Shown: positions 13,075-25,451 of the stretch, piece by piece
Position numbering within the stretch: the stretch's first letter is position 1
Layout: every line of letters starts with the position of its first letter
Origin: Eledone cirrhosa
Lineage: Eukaryota
Assembly (NCBI GenBank): GCA_964016885.1
Contig: OZ024741.1
Coordinates: 253,022,001-253,086,000, forward strand
DNA length: 64,000 nt
Direction: 5' to 3'
Made by a program: the position numbers and the translations under genes
Notes under the pieces: model-generated
What the model saw: the letters and a program-made list of their open reading frames with translations, nothing else
Database searches by the model: none
What the model was told of the DNA's origin: nothing

Positions 13075-13360
13075 GTATGTATGTATGTATGTATGTATGT
13101 ATGTATATGTACGTATGTATGTATGATTGTATGTATGTATGTATGAATGTACGTATGTATGTATGAATGTATGTATGTATGTATGTATGTATTAATGCAC
13201 GTATGTATGTATGTATGTATGATTGTATGTATGTAGGCTTGTATTTATGTGTGTGTATATGTAAGTATGTATATATGTATGATATATGTACGTTTGTATT
13301 TATGTTTGTATGTATGTATGTATGTAAGTACATATGTAATTATGTATATATGTATGTATG
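13075..13360. repeat. (TATG)n microsatellite
   Basis: Directly visible. Confidence 0.9.
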
Positions 13361-13361
13361 T

Positions 13362-13642
13362 TTATCTCTTTCTCTTAATTTCAAGTATATTTTTTGACCG
13401 GCCACCTTCCTGGTGGCAAGGTTGTAAAAGAAAAGAAATCGTCATCCCTTAAATCGCAAGAATGTTTTGCAAATTTTGAAGGTGCCAGCTATCGAAGCCA
13501 TTTGTAGACTATGAATTAGGGAGCTGCGCTCTTTGTCCGCAAATCCAAGTTCAGTCATACTTTGGTCCAAGCGGGTTGGTATATAACCCGTAACTCCAAT
13601 AATGATGGGTATGAAGCTAAAGGTGTATCTTGGATACTGGAT
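13362..13642 (-). mobile_element. 3' end of a restriction-like-endonuclease non-LTR element (R4/Dong-like) within (CATA)n
   Basis: FIPIIIGVTGYIP..LGF..LQMASIAGTFKICKTFL* resembles the RLE C-terminus; a short 3' UTR follows, then (CATA)n. Confidence 0.65.
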
Positions 13643-14362
13643 TTGTATGTATGTATGCATGCTTGTATTTATGTATGTATGTGGATATGTATGTAAACAT
13701 GTATATAAAGATATTAATGTATTTATATAGAGAGATAATTTTTTCTGTGAGGGGTGGTCAATGGTGTGGTGTGCTTATTCTTCATCTGCTGTGAACTGAT
13801 TCACATCGGTTTCTGTACCATTTGACAGTATTCCACCCTCAGGTGGAGGCACACTACATCAATATTACCAGGGAATGTCTGTGTTCTTTTTGTATTATAC
13901 CATGTTTTTTTTTTCCATCTTCCTGCCATCTATCTATATAAGATTAGGTGCAACTCAAACAATTATTTTGCTATTTACTGCACAATAAGGTGTATTATTA
14001 TTCTACACAATTATCGGGGTCGATAAAATAAAGTACCAGTAATGCACTGGTAATTGCTGGCCTTGTGCCTAAAGTAGAAACAATTATTATTCTACACAAG
14101 ACAAATAGAAAAATCGGGATGTCTAAACAATGAAGTCGAAAATATACTGGAAATTCTTTAATTTATTTACATTATCACAACTAATTTCATAACTTTATGA
14201 TAATTGTGGATTTAACAAAGTGTACACACACACACATACACACACACATACACACACATACACACCTTCCACACCTAGATATCACACCACTCTTACACTG
14301 TAAAGTTGTGTTGGTATCACAACAAAAATTGCCCAGCCCACACTGTAAAGTAGTCATGCAGG

Positions 14363-14787
14363 TCTTCTTCTTCTTCTTCTTCTTCTTCTTCTTCTTCTTC
14401 TTCTTCTTCTTCTTCTTCTTCTTCTTCTTTGCCCATTTATTCCTGAGAGGGTCACAGGGGAAGAATCCTCAAATACTCCTTCTAGCAAGTCTTGTCAGAA
14501 GTAACTGTCTCTAATTGATCTGGCTGGATCTCCAAGCATGACCAACCCATCTCATGGATGTTATCCAACTTTCTTGCTCAGGGTCTACACCACAGTCTCC
14601 TGCTGGCTGGTTTTGCCTGTAAAATCTGTCCAGCGATTCTTTCCTGAGACATTCTAACCACCCATAGTATCGGAGCTGTAGCAGTTCTACCTGGAGTGAC
14701 TCTCTGATCTCCGAGTTACGCACTTTATCAAGTAACGTTACTCCAAAGACCCTTTAGAGGAATCCCATTTCAGCTGCTTGTATTCGC
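14363..14787 (-). mobile_element. RTE-like LINE 3' fragment with a long (GAA)n tail
   Basis: RIQAAEMGFL..VRNSEIRESL..QLRYYG motifs; (CTT)n at 14363-14430. Confidence 0.8.
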
Positions 14788-14789
14788 AC

Positions 14790-14951
14790 ACACTGTAAAT
14801 GTTGTTGGTATTAGGAAGGGCATCCAGCTGTAGAAACTAAGCCAGGAACAGTTCTGTATGAGTAAGTCATGGTCATCTGATCCAACTTGCCTCAAACAAG
14901 ACAACCCTTGTAACCCATAGTAGCATGGAAAATGGACATTAAACGATGATG

Positions 14952-14952
<1 letters not shown>
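14790..14952 (+). mobile_element. RTE/SINE shared 3' tail fragment
   Basis: ggtattaggaagggcatccagctgtagaaac...ggacattaaacgatgatg. Confidence 0.75.
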
Positions 14953-14986
<34 letters not shown>

Positions 14987-15242
14987 CATAGATCATCATC
15001 ACCGTTTAACATCGGTTATCATGTTATAATATATATGGATGAAATATTACTAGTTAAGACCTCTAAGACAATTATTGAACTTAGTACTTTATATTTAAGG
15101 AAAGTAGAATGTAGATGTTAGATCCTATAATGATAATCATATAGGATCATTATAGGATCTAACATCCAATCGCCATACTGAAACCATTTCGATAATATAA
15201 ATCAAAATGGTTTAAGCTTGACCATTGGGCATTAGATCCTAT

Positions 15243-15430
15243 AATAATAATTGTTTCTATTTTAGGCACAAGGCCAGCAATTACCCAGTACATTACTGGT
15301 ACTTTATTTTATCGACCCCGTAAGGATGAAAGGCAAAGTTAACCTCGGCGGGATTTGAACTCAGATCATAAAGGGACGTAACTCTATGCTTCAAAGCATG
15401 GTGTCCAACTCTCTACCGATACTGCCAACC
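15243..15430 (-). mobile_element. Meta/MESC-like SINE
   Basis: Matches 5063-5248. Confidence 0.8.
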
Positions 15431-15559
15431 TATAATAATAATAATAATAATAATGGTTTCCAATTTAGGAGGAAGGCCAGCAATTTGAAGGGAAGGGAAA
15501 GTCAATTAACTAAATCCCAGTGCATTACTGGTATTTTATTTATTTGAACTCAGAACTCG

Positions 15560-15608
<49 letters not shown>

Positions 15609-15697
15609 CGGCGGACTGGGTCTAAAAATATTGGCTGCCAGGAGATGAAGGGGGCCCACCTACAAATAGAATACTATCATTTAATTTTTATAATGAA

Positions 15698-16988
15698 CTA
15701 GCATTAAAGCCCGGCGTTGCTCGGGGTCCTCGGGGTCATTAAGTTACCAAAGTTAGGTTGCACCACCCATTTTATGGCAGCACTTTTTTGTCTGCCAGGC
15801 ACTGGGTGAATGAATTGCAGACCTGGAAGCAGGAGCTGCGCCAGCAGTGACAATTGTAGTTTCGCCTATGGATATTATCTCGGTGCAAAAAAGTGTTGAA
15901 ATTTATTGTTTCACAGTACTTGCGCAACACGCGCGTAGACGATGCCAGCCGAATAACAGAGCTGCGATGGAGTTGTTCTGCATGGTTGTCTGTGTGTTTT
16001 CTAAATTTAAGACAGTAAGGAGGGTTGTGATATGAGGGAGAGTTAGCTGTTGTTTCTAGCAGGTTTAGTGACCTCATAGAGGATATGTGTTTTCTAAATT
16101 TAAGACAGTCGGGAGTGGTGTGACATGGAGGAGAGTTAGCTGCTGTTTCTAGCAGGTTTAGTGACCTCATAGAAGATATGTTTTCTAAATTTAAGACAGT
16201 AGGGATGGGTGTGATATGGGGAGAGTTAGCTGCTGTTTCTAGCAGGTTTAGTAACCTCATAGAGGATATGTGTTTTCTAAATTTAAGACAGTAGGGAGTG
16301 GTGTAATATGGGGGAGAGTTAGCTGCTGTTTCTAGCAGGTTTAGTGACCTCATAGAAGATATGTTTTCTAAATTTAAGACAGTAGGGAGGGGTGTGGTAT
16401 GGGGGAGAGTTAGCTGCTGTTTCTAGCAGGTTTAGTGACCTCATAGAGGATATTATTGTTTATCGTTATCTATAAAAGGTAGATTGTTGTTGTTGTTGAA
16501 GTGAGTGTGTGTTTGTATGCGTTTGGAAAAGAGGTTTTAAAAAAGATTTATCGCTTCTTGTTGAATAAATGTATCTGATGCTTTTGAATAATTGTCGTTT
16601 CGTATGAAATGTAATAATTTGAAGTATAAAAGAGAAAGTAGCAAAATGTGTGAGTGGTAGATAGAGGGAAGCAGATGATATGACAGAGTAATACGGACAG
16701 TATCACCATCAAACTTGGAAAGAGAAAGTAGCAGAAAGTATGAAGTTGTATAGATTTTGAATGGTAGTGGAAAGAGTTTAGCAGTTTAAATGACAGAGAA
16801 AAATCGTAAAATATTGAGTTTTATCTATTTTTTGCGTAATTGTGGGTGAAATTGAAAAAATTATCTGCGTCAAGATGCAATCGAAACTATTTCGAATGCT
16901 GAATGGTAAATTTCAATTGAAGAAATTCTATATCGTAGATTTCTATAACGAAGGAGCTTGACCACACACTGAGCTTTATAGATTATGA
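15698..16988 (-). mobile_element. Non-autonomous Helitron
   Basis: The minus strand starts TC (16988) and ends CTAG (15698), with a GC hairpin cccgagcaacgccggg just before the 3' end. It is inserted between A and T with no TSD; the empty site ataatgaa|taaataa is seen at ~18129-18143. Confidence 0.9.
15995..16452. repeat. Five tandem ~92-bp repeats inside the Helitron
   Basis: ctaaatttaagacagt recurs at 16001, 16094, 16185, 16277 and 16368. Confidence 0.9.
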
Positions 16989-17072
16989 TAAATAACATTT
17001 TCGAAGAATACATAAGTGGAAACAAAACAGTGCTCTAGGAAAGCCATGAGCGACATATCTTTTTAACTTTGA

Positions 17073-17368
17073 TTTTGAAAGTAGGTTTATAATTATCAAT
17101 TTTCATTATACTTTTTTAGCTGTCTCAGTGGCCTAGTCATAGACGGTGGTGATCCTGGTCTGAAGTTCGATCCTGGTTGGGAGTAGGGTACCTGGCAAAC
17201 CTTTTCAATTTTTTCTAAAATAAAAACTGAAAAAGTTAACATGTACCACTTGACCAGGATTGAACCCAAGGCAAGGAACTCCACCGTCTCTAGTACCTAC
17301 CACTAGGCCACAGAGATAACTATAAAAATCTTATGAAAATTCATACTTATAAACCTACTTTCAAAATT
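17073..17368. repeat. Diverged inverted repeat with two convergent tRNA-like heads
   Basis: ttttgaaagtaggtttataa / ttataaacctactttcaaaa arms. Each arm has gtggcctagt (A box) and gttcgatcc or gttcaatcc (B box). Confidence 0.6.
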
Positions 17369-17549
17369 TTCAAAACAGTGTTGTGGTGTCATTCATGTCT
17401 TTCTTAATGTTATTATTCTTACTTAAGGTTGACTTCTAAATCACTTGGGTGTTCCATAAACTACATCCTCATTTTGTTTCTCATCTATCTAGACTATATT
17501 TTAACCTGTAATCCATGTTTCATTTTTGTTCCACCACATTTCTCTCCCC

Positions 17550-17615
<66 letters not shown>

Positions 17616-17733
17616 CTCTCCCTCTCTCTCTTTCTCTCTGTTATATTTGAACTCACTCTGATTTGGGCTTACTTTATTCCTATATATATGTTTTTGCATG
17701 TCAGTTAGATTCAAACTTACAATGATTGGCATC

Positions 17734-17786
<53 letters not shown>

Positions 17787-18046
17787 TTTATTTTTATTTT
17801 TATCCTTTAACCTTTATATGTAAATTACCATGCTATATCATTTTGATGGATGTCATCCCACTGTGGATCAATATGTGCATATGTTTTATATGTCTCTTGT
17901 GTTGAAAAGGAGGTCAAGTATGTTATAGATCACTAAATAGTTGCTCCGAAGAATCCAAACCTCGGTTTGGAGGAAACAAATGTAAGAAAATAAATGATTT
18001 AAACTGAACTTTGATTATTGTAATCTCTCTCTCTCTATATATATAT

Positions 18047-18758
18047 ATAGTGGCAAACTAGGTCTAACAATATTGGTTGCCAGATGAAGGAGGCCCACCT
18101 ACATATAGAATTCTATCATTTAATTTTTATAATGAATAAATAATATTTTTAAAAAATACATAAGTGGAAACAAAACAGTGCAATCAAATTTTTGCAGAAA
18201 AATATCTTGCCTTCTCCAATAAAAAATATTATGTATTTTGTGAAATCCAGAGACTTTCAATAATGACCTTTGGTCTTTCACACTCAATATATATATGTAT
18301 ATGTGTGTGTGTGTGTATCTATATATATACACCACCTTCACCACTAATTGCTATGACAGATGTCTTTAACCCATTAATACCAAATATTATTTGGTCAGTA
18401 GTTTGTGTGAAAGTATATAAATATATATATATTGTTATACTTTGGGAGGGTCATGTTGCCAATAAGAAACACATTCACCAGTTGCTTTCACTCCAATTTA
18501 TTATAAATTAAATTTATAAATTTAAGAAATTTGTAAATTTCCGGTGGGTTGGTTGGTTGATTCCACAACCGGACGGTTGTTCATATATTGTCAAAGTTTT
18601 TTCCTCACACATTCTGTGACCTCTTCAGTGACTGAGGATTCTTTTCTTTGTTTTGTGCATGTGTTTCTTATTGGCAACATGACCCTCCCAAAGTATAACA
18701 ATATCGGTTTCAATACACGTTTTCAGATAAAGAATCTTGCTAAACAAATTCAGAAACG

Positions 18759-18807
<49 letters not shown>

Positions 18808-19133
18808 TATATGCTTGTGTGTCTGTGTCTATATATGTATCTTTGCATACATGAATACACTAAGCTTTAGATTTAGTAGAATGTACAACCACTGATTCCA
18901 ACTACTTGCACTGTCATATATTTTGGTTTCTAGTAATTCCCTGGGGAATTGGTTGGCCGAATGCTTTTTTAATTGTTTTATTTATTTTTTTTAAATGTTA
19001 TTCTTTCTCTTAGATTTCAGGTATTTTTTTAAAGCAAGCATTAGCCCCTAAAATACTGCAATGCTACTGTGGGCTCTTGCAATGCTACCATGGGGCCTTT
19101 GGGGCTCACTTGCCATTGGGCAGTCCACGACTG
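18047..19133 (+). mobile_element. Decayed non-autonomous DNA transposon of the same family as 15606, with nested insertions
   Basis: The 5' end resembles 15606. The 3' end cagtccacgactg is an imperfect inverted copy of cagcggcggactg. (TA)n flanks. Confidence 0.5.
18428..18762. mobile_element. Penelope pLTR fragment with an inverted terminal segment and a degenerate hammerhead (18590-18632, minus strand)
   Basis: Same family as 30493-31530 and 32737-33578. 18430-18470 is inverted relative to 18659-18704. Confidence 0.75.
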
Positions 19134-19199
19134 TATATATATATATATTTATATACATATATGCATGTGTGTACGTGTGTGTGTACAGTGTAAATCGAG

Positions 19200-19630
19200 G
19201 TTGTAGCTTCAGTAAAGCAGATACCAATCGAATTGTTTGAGGCAATCACAAAGGCAAAGATGGTGCAAAATGTTAATATATTTTTTGTCCATAGTAAACA
19301 GAAAATTAAGTAGGTGTGACACCATGAATAAATCGACCAGGTGTATGTGGCCAAAGTTAATAACCACAACAAAAATAAATACAAACACGTAGGAAACTAG
19401 CCTGGACCATCTCGAATAAATAAGAATCAATAGAAATTGATAAAAATCTTCAATAGCTTTCTGGGAGTCCAGAAGCTGCATCATGAGTTGCACAATGCTT
19501 ATGCAAGTCGTAATTGCACCTAGCTATTGTGTAGCAATGGAACTGGAGATCCTTTCCTCAGCAGGTATTTTTCCATTAGTATCTACCGTGGTTCTGCCAT
19601 GATTAAACAGGGAAGTATAATACAGTAGTA
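19200..19630 (+). mobile_element. Highly decayed CRE-like non-LTR 3' fragment
   Basis: Broken frames read GSPEAA and TGDPFLSRYFSISIYRGSA, resembling the CRE C-terminal GPEA..TGD..SI.IQRGNA motif. The right boundary is better supported than the left. Confidence 0.4.
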
Positions 19631-19941
19631 GTAAATTCTCCTGTGTGATCAAATGATCTTGCTCAAAAGAGGAACTTTAGGTGAGTAAATTCAAGGTGTG
19701 AACAAAAAAATGTTCACAGCCTCTCTCTCTCTATATTTATATATGGCATTATCTTTGGGTTGCACCAAAGCTACTAGTTTCTTTATAATGTGAAGAAAAC
19801 TCCAAGATTAGAATAAATTTATTAAACTCTACATTTTTGTATTGAGTTCTTTCTTGTTCTGAATTATTTTAACACCCATACACACAACCAGATATATATT
19901 GTATGTATATATATATGAATGTAAGTATGTACACACACATG

Positions 19942-19997
<56 letters not shown>

Positions 19998-20247
19998 ACA
20001 CACAGCAGTATCAATTCTCCATACACCAACACACAGCACTACACAATGTTATGTTTTCACACAGGAATGGAGACATTTTCTAAAAGAAAAATTCTTACTC
20101 CAAAATAGAAATATAAGCTTGGCACCACAAGAGAGTTCTTTGAGGTATAGGTCACATGGTTATACTCTCACACACATACTCATACACACACACAAATACA
20201 TATGTGAAATCCTTTTATGTGTATTCAGATATATATTCAAGAAAATC

Positions 20248-20278
<31 letters not shown>

Positions 20279-20348
20279 ATGTATGTGTATGGACATATAA
20301 CAGATTATTTTTTTTAATAGAAACATTCAAAATGTATAAACATATACT

Positions 20349-20398
<50 letters not shown>

Positions 20399-20406
20399 AA
20401 TATATG

Positions 20407-20450
<44 letters not shown>

Positions 20451-20455
20451 AATAC

Positions 20456-20546
<91 letters not shown>

Positions 20547-20584
20547 ACATATATGTATGTGCATACATACATACACATGCAAGC

Positions 20585-20704
<120 letters not shown>

Positions 20705-20894
20705 ACATATATGTATGTGCATACATACATACATACACATGCAAGCATATATATATATATAAATATATAGACACACACATACGCATACACTTACACACAC
20801 ACATACACACACACATACACAATGAACTACAGACAAATTCTATATTTATATTTGTTATATTTGTCAGATACTCGCATAGGAAAAAATAATATAA

Positions 20895-22710
20895 TAGTGT
20901 GTGTGCGTGTGTTTGTGTGTATGTATATCTATGTGTGTGTCTGTGTGTGTGTCTCCTTCTCTCTATGTGTGTACGTGTGTCTCAATGTGTATATCTGCTT
21001 CTGTGTGTCTTTCTCTGTGTATGTGTGTGTGAGTCCAGATGTATCAGTGTGTCTGTGTGTATGTGTCTCACTGTGTGTGCTTGTGTCTGTGTGTGTGTCT
21101 CTCTCTATGTGTGTGTGTGTGTGTCTCACTATGTGTGTTTTTGTGTGTGTGTGTGTCTCACTATGTGTGTTTGTGTGTGTGTGTGTCTCACTATGTGTGT
21201 TTGTGTGTGTGTATGTGTCTCACTATGTGTGTTTGTGTGTGTGTATGTGTCTCACTATGTGTGCTTGTGTGTGTGTATGTGTCTCACTGTGTGTGCTTGT
21301 GTCTGTGTGTGTGTCTCTCTCTATGTGTGTGTGTGTGTCTCAGTATGTGTGTGTGTGTGTCTCACTATGTGTGTTTGTGTGTGTGTGTGTCTCACTATGT
21401 GTGTTTGTGTGTGTGTGTCTCACTATGTGTGTTTGTGTGTGTGTATGTGTCTCACTATGTGTGTTTGTGTGTGTGTATGTGTCTCACTATGTGTGCTTGT
21501 GTGTGTGTATGTGTCTCACTATGTGTGCTTGTGTGTGTGTGTGTGTCTCTATGTGTGTTTGTGCGTGTGTGTGTGTGTCTCTCTATGTGTGTATATTTGT
21601 ATGTCTGTGTCTGTGTGTCCTTCTCTGTGTGTGTGTGTGTGTGAGTCCAGATGTATTAGTGTGTCTGTGTATGTGTCTCTCTATGTGTGTGTGTGTGTGT
21701 CTCACTATGTGTGTTTGTGTGTGTGTGTGTCTCACTATGTGTGTTTGTGTGTGTGTGTGTGTCTCACTATGTGTGTTTGTGTGTGTGTATGTGTCTCACT
21801 ATGTGTGTTTGTGTGTGTGTGTGTCTCACTATGTGTGTTTGTGTGTGTGTATGTGTCTCACTATGTGTGTTTGTGTGTGTGTATGTGTCTCACTATGTGT
21901 GCTTGTGTGTGTGTATGTGTCTCACTATGTGTGCTTGTGTGTGTGTGTGTGTCTCTATGTGTGTTTGTGCGTGTGTGTGTCTCTCTATGTGTGTATATTT
22001 GTATGTCTGTGTCTGTGTGTCCTTCTCTGTGTGTGTGTGTGTGTGAGTCCAGATGTATTAGTGTGTCTGTGTATGTGTCTCTCTATGTGTGTGTGTGTGT
22101 GTCTCACTATGTGTGTTTGTGTGTGTGTGTGTCTCACTATGTGTGTTTGTGTGTGTGTGTGTGTCTCACTATGTGTGTTTGTGTGTGTGTATGTGTCTCA
22201 CTATGTGTGTTTGTGTGTGTGTGTGTCTCACTATTTGTGCTTGTGTGTGTGTATGTGTCTCACTATGTGTGCTTGTGTGTGTGTGTGTGTCTCTATGTGT
22301 GTTTGTGTGTGTGTGTGTCTCTCTATGTGTGTATATTTGTATATCTGTGTCTGTGTGTCCTTCTCTGTGTGTGTGTGTGTGTGTGTGTGAGTCCAGATGT
22401 ATCAGTGTGTCTGTGTATGTGTCTCTCTATGTGTGTTGTGTGTGTGTGTGTGACTGTGTCTCTCTCTATGTGTGTTTGTGTGACTGTGTGTCTCTCTATG
22501 TGTGTATATTTGTATATCTACGTCTGTGTGTGTGTCTCTCAATGTGTATGTGTGTGTTTCGCTATGTGTGTTTGTGTATCTGTGTGTCAGTGTGTCTCTC
22601 TCTATGCGTGTATGTATGTGAAACCAGACGTGTTAGTGTGTCAATGTGCATATGTATGTGTGTGGTGCGTCTCTCTCTCTCTTTCGGTATGTGTGTGTAT
22701 GTGTATGTGG
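20895..22710. repeat. (TG)n-derived complex minisatellite (gtctcactatgtgtgtttgtg..) with ~370-400 bp block duplications
   Basis: The marker gagtccagatgtat recurs at 21031, 21643, 22045 and 22389. Confidence 0.9.
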
Positions 22711-23022
22711 TATTATTGGGGGTGATAGATACAAGGTAGATGAGGGGGGGGGGGGAGTGTTATAGGAAGTATAAACCAATACAATAACAACAACAACAAT
22801 AACAAAACCAATAGTAGCAACAGACCACTTCAAAATGAAATAAAATCTCACCTACTAGAAATAGAAGCCCAATCACCCTCAAACCACGTTTCATCATCAT
22901 AAAAAAGGGATGACGTATTGAATAAGTTGTAGATATAATCTTAAAAAGATAGGATGCTGGCTGTAATTATAAGGGTTGGTATAGAGTTAAGTAACAACAA
23001 ACATGTAAAGCTGTCATAACAT

Positions 23023-24000
23023 TGATGATGGTGGTGGTGGTGGTGGTGGTGGTGGTGGTGGTGTTGGTGATGGTGTGGTGGTGGTGGTATTGGTGGTGGT
23101 GGAGGTGATGGTGGCGGTGACGGTGTTGGTGGTAGTGGTGGTGATGTTGGTGGTGGTGGCGGTGACGGTGTTGGTGGTAGTTGCGGTGTTGGTGGTGGTG
23201 GTGGTGGTGGTGGTGGTGGTGATGGTGGTGGTGGTGATGGTGGTGGTGGTGGTGGTGGTGTTGGTGATGTTGGTGGTGGTGGCGGTGACGGTGTTGGTGG
23301 TAGTTGCGGTGTTGGTGGTGGTGGTGGCGGTGTTGGTGGTAGTTGTGGTGTTGGTGGTGGTGGTGGTGGTGGTGTTGGTGGTGGTGTTGGTGGTGGTGGC
23401 GGTGTTGGTGGTAGTTGTGGTGTTGGTGGTGGTGGTGTGGTGGTGGTATTGGTGGTGGTGGAGGTGATGGTGTTGGTGGTAGTTGTGGTGTTGGTGGTGG
23501 TGCTGGTAGTGGTGGTGGTGGTGGTGATGATGATGGTGGCGGTGACGGTGTTGGTGGTGGTGGTGGTGATGGTGGTGGTGGTGGTGGTGGTGGTGGTGAT
23601 GGTGGTGGTGGTGGTGGTGGTGGTGGTGATGGTGGTGGCAGTGTTGGTGGTGGTGATGGTGGTGATGATGGTGGTGGTGGTGATGGTGGTGGCAGTGTTG
23701 GTGGTGGTGATGGTGGTGATGGTGATGGTGATAGTTGTGGTGTTGGTGGTGGTTTTTGTGGTGGTAGGCATTGGTGGTGGTAGTGGTGACGATGGTTGTG
23801 GTGGCGGTTGTGGTGTTGGTAGAGGGGATGATGGTGGTGGTGATGGTGGTAGTTGTGGTGTTGGTGGTGGTGGTAGACAGTGGTGGTGGCGGTGGTGATG
23901 ATGGTGCTGGTTGTGGGGGTGAGGGTAGTGGAGATGGTGATGGTGGTGATGATAGTGGTGGTGGTTGTGGCAGTGGTGGTGGTAGTTATGGTGTTGGTGA
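23023..24000. repeat. (GGT)n/(ACC)n trinucleotide low-complexity tract
   Basis: Directly visible. Confidence 0.95.
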
Positions 24001-24114
24001 ATACCTTTGCCCCATCTATAAAGACATTCACCAATACATACAATACATATATAACTTTGGATGCTGTTTCTATAACTGGTCCACAAATTCTCTCTCTCTC
24101 TCTATATATATATA

Positions 24115-24318
24115 TAGGAGTAAGTAAGACCCCGACGGCTGAGCTCAAGCCCTTTCGACGGCTAATTCTGTACTGAATTCTGTACAGAATTAGCCGTCGA
24201 AACGGCTTGAGCTCAGCCGTCGGGGTCTTACTTGTTCCTATTACCCACTCTACTACCCTAAGTATTGAGTACTTTGGTGCGTTATCGTCCACCTGGTTCC
24301 TTACCACTTTTCCCTCGC

Positions 24319-24353
<35 letters not shown>

Positions 24354-24495
24354 CACAAAGAGGGTGTGGTAAGATACCAGGTGGACCATAACTCACCAGA
24401 GTACTCAATACTTAGGGTAGTAGAGTGGGTAATAGGAAAAGAGTTAGGATCCCGACTGCTGAGCTCCGGCCATCGGAGTCCTCACTCTTTCCCTA
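24115..24495. mobile_element. Multi-level palindromic Penelope-type fragment containing hammerhead 3' halves
   Basis: Palindrome at 24115-24241; second inverted repeat 24236-24310 / 24365-24437; palindrome at 24435-24493. Motif GAAACGGC-ttgagctca-GCCGTC. Same family at 33605-34065. Confidence 0.7.
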
Positions 24496-24574
24496 TATTT
24501 ATATATTTATTATTTCTGGCAATATTATTACAACAATATGACCCTCCCCAAGTATAACAATATATAAATATATA

Positions 24575-25235
24575 TATCTTGTCTTTAAAGCGTTGAAAAA
24601 TCCAAGACCTCAGTAGACAACTGATGAGGAAAACTCCCCCCCCCCCGTTCTTGCTTTCTTCTTATTCTCATTCCATTTTAAGCTACCTTAAATAGCAACT
24701 ACACAGCCAATCCTATTCTCCATATATTTTATCATGTTTCACTGTGACCCATCTTCTCTCTCCTACCTACCTATTTCGTTACTATCTACTCTTACCCCTC
24801 TTTATTCCTCTCCCTCTCTCCCTCTCACTTTCACTCATCCTCTCTCTGCCAGCCACTTCATTGTTTCCCTCGCCTGACCCTCTAGCAGTCCTTTTCTCAC
24901 TTACACTCACTGGGGTCAGACGTGTCTTTTCGTTTGCCCACACGCTCTTGAACTTATGTTCTGTTATCGCTGTGGTCTTGGATTTTTTTACCATAAGTTG
25001 ACGTACATTGCTCAGTTTCTTGTTTGTTTCACTGTTTTCTCTTTTTTTCCCTTTTCACTTCTATTTTCCTTCCCTCTCTCCTCCGTTTTCCCAATAACCT
25101 ACCCAGTTATTGAACGCTCTGGAGGTAGATATCTTGTCTTTAAAGCGTTGAAATATCCGAGACCCCCAGTAGACAACTGATGAGGAAAACTCCCGTTCTT
25201 GCTTTCTTCTTATTCTCATTCCATTTTAAGCTATA
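24575..25235. mobile_element. Unclassified element with ~105-bp terminal direct repeats, within (TA)n
   Basis: atatcttgtctttaaagcgttgaaa..ctgatgaggaaaactccc..ccattttaagcta occurs at 24574-24685 and 25129-25233. Confidence 0.7.
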
Positions 25236-25265
25236 TATATATATATATATACATGGAGAAAGAGT

Positions 25266-25353
<88 letters not shown>

Positions 25354-25451
25354 ATGTCTGTGCTGTGATGATCACGAAGACCACAAATCAGGGTAGTACT
25401 TGATGCTTGACGAGATACCACGTAGGCATAAAAATGAGGTAAAGGGTGATG

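Larger units (their letters stand above)
15606..17035 (+). mobile_element. 5' part of a non-autonomous DNA transposon (CAGCGGCGGACTG terminus) interrupted by a Helitron
   Basis: 15606-15697 joined to 16989-17033 aligns with the uninterrupted copy at 18047-18181. Confidence 0.6.

Noticed and set aside
15772-16353. 193-aa repetitive ORF
   Set aside because: It lies in the Helitron internal repeats, whose 91-93 bp units change frame.
19106-19493. Hydrophobic minus-strand ORFs as membrane protein exons
   Set aside because: No recognisable motif or splice support; the opposite strand looks like a decayed LINE.
20822-22739. 522-aa and 608-aa Cys/Val ORFs
   Set aside because: These are translations of (TG)n repeats, open in several frames because the repeat lacks stops.
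22941-24307. Pro/Thr/His-rich mucin- or extensin-like ORFs
   Set aside because: An (ACC)n tract is open in many frames, and the N-termini come from a repeat element and (TA)n.
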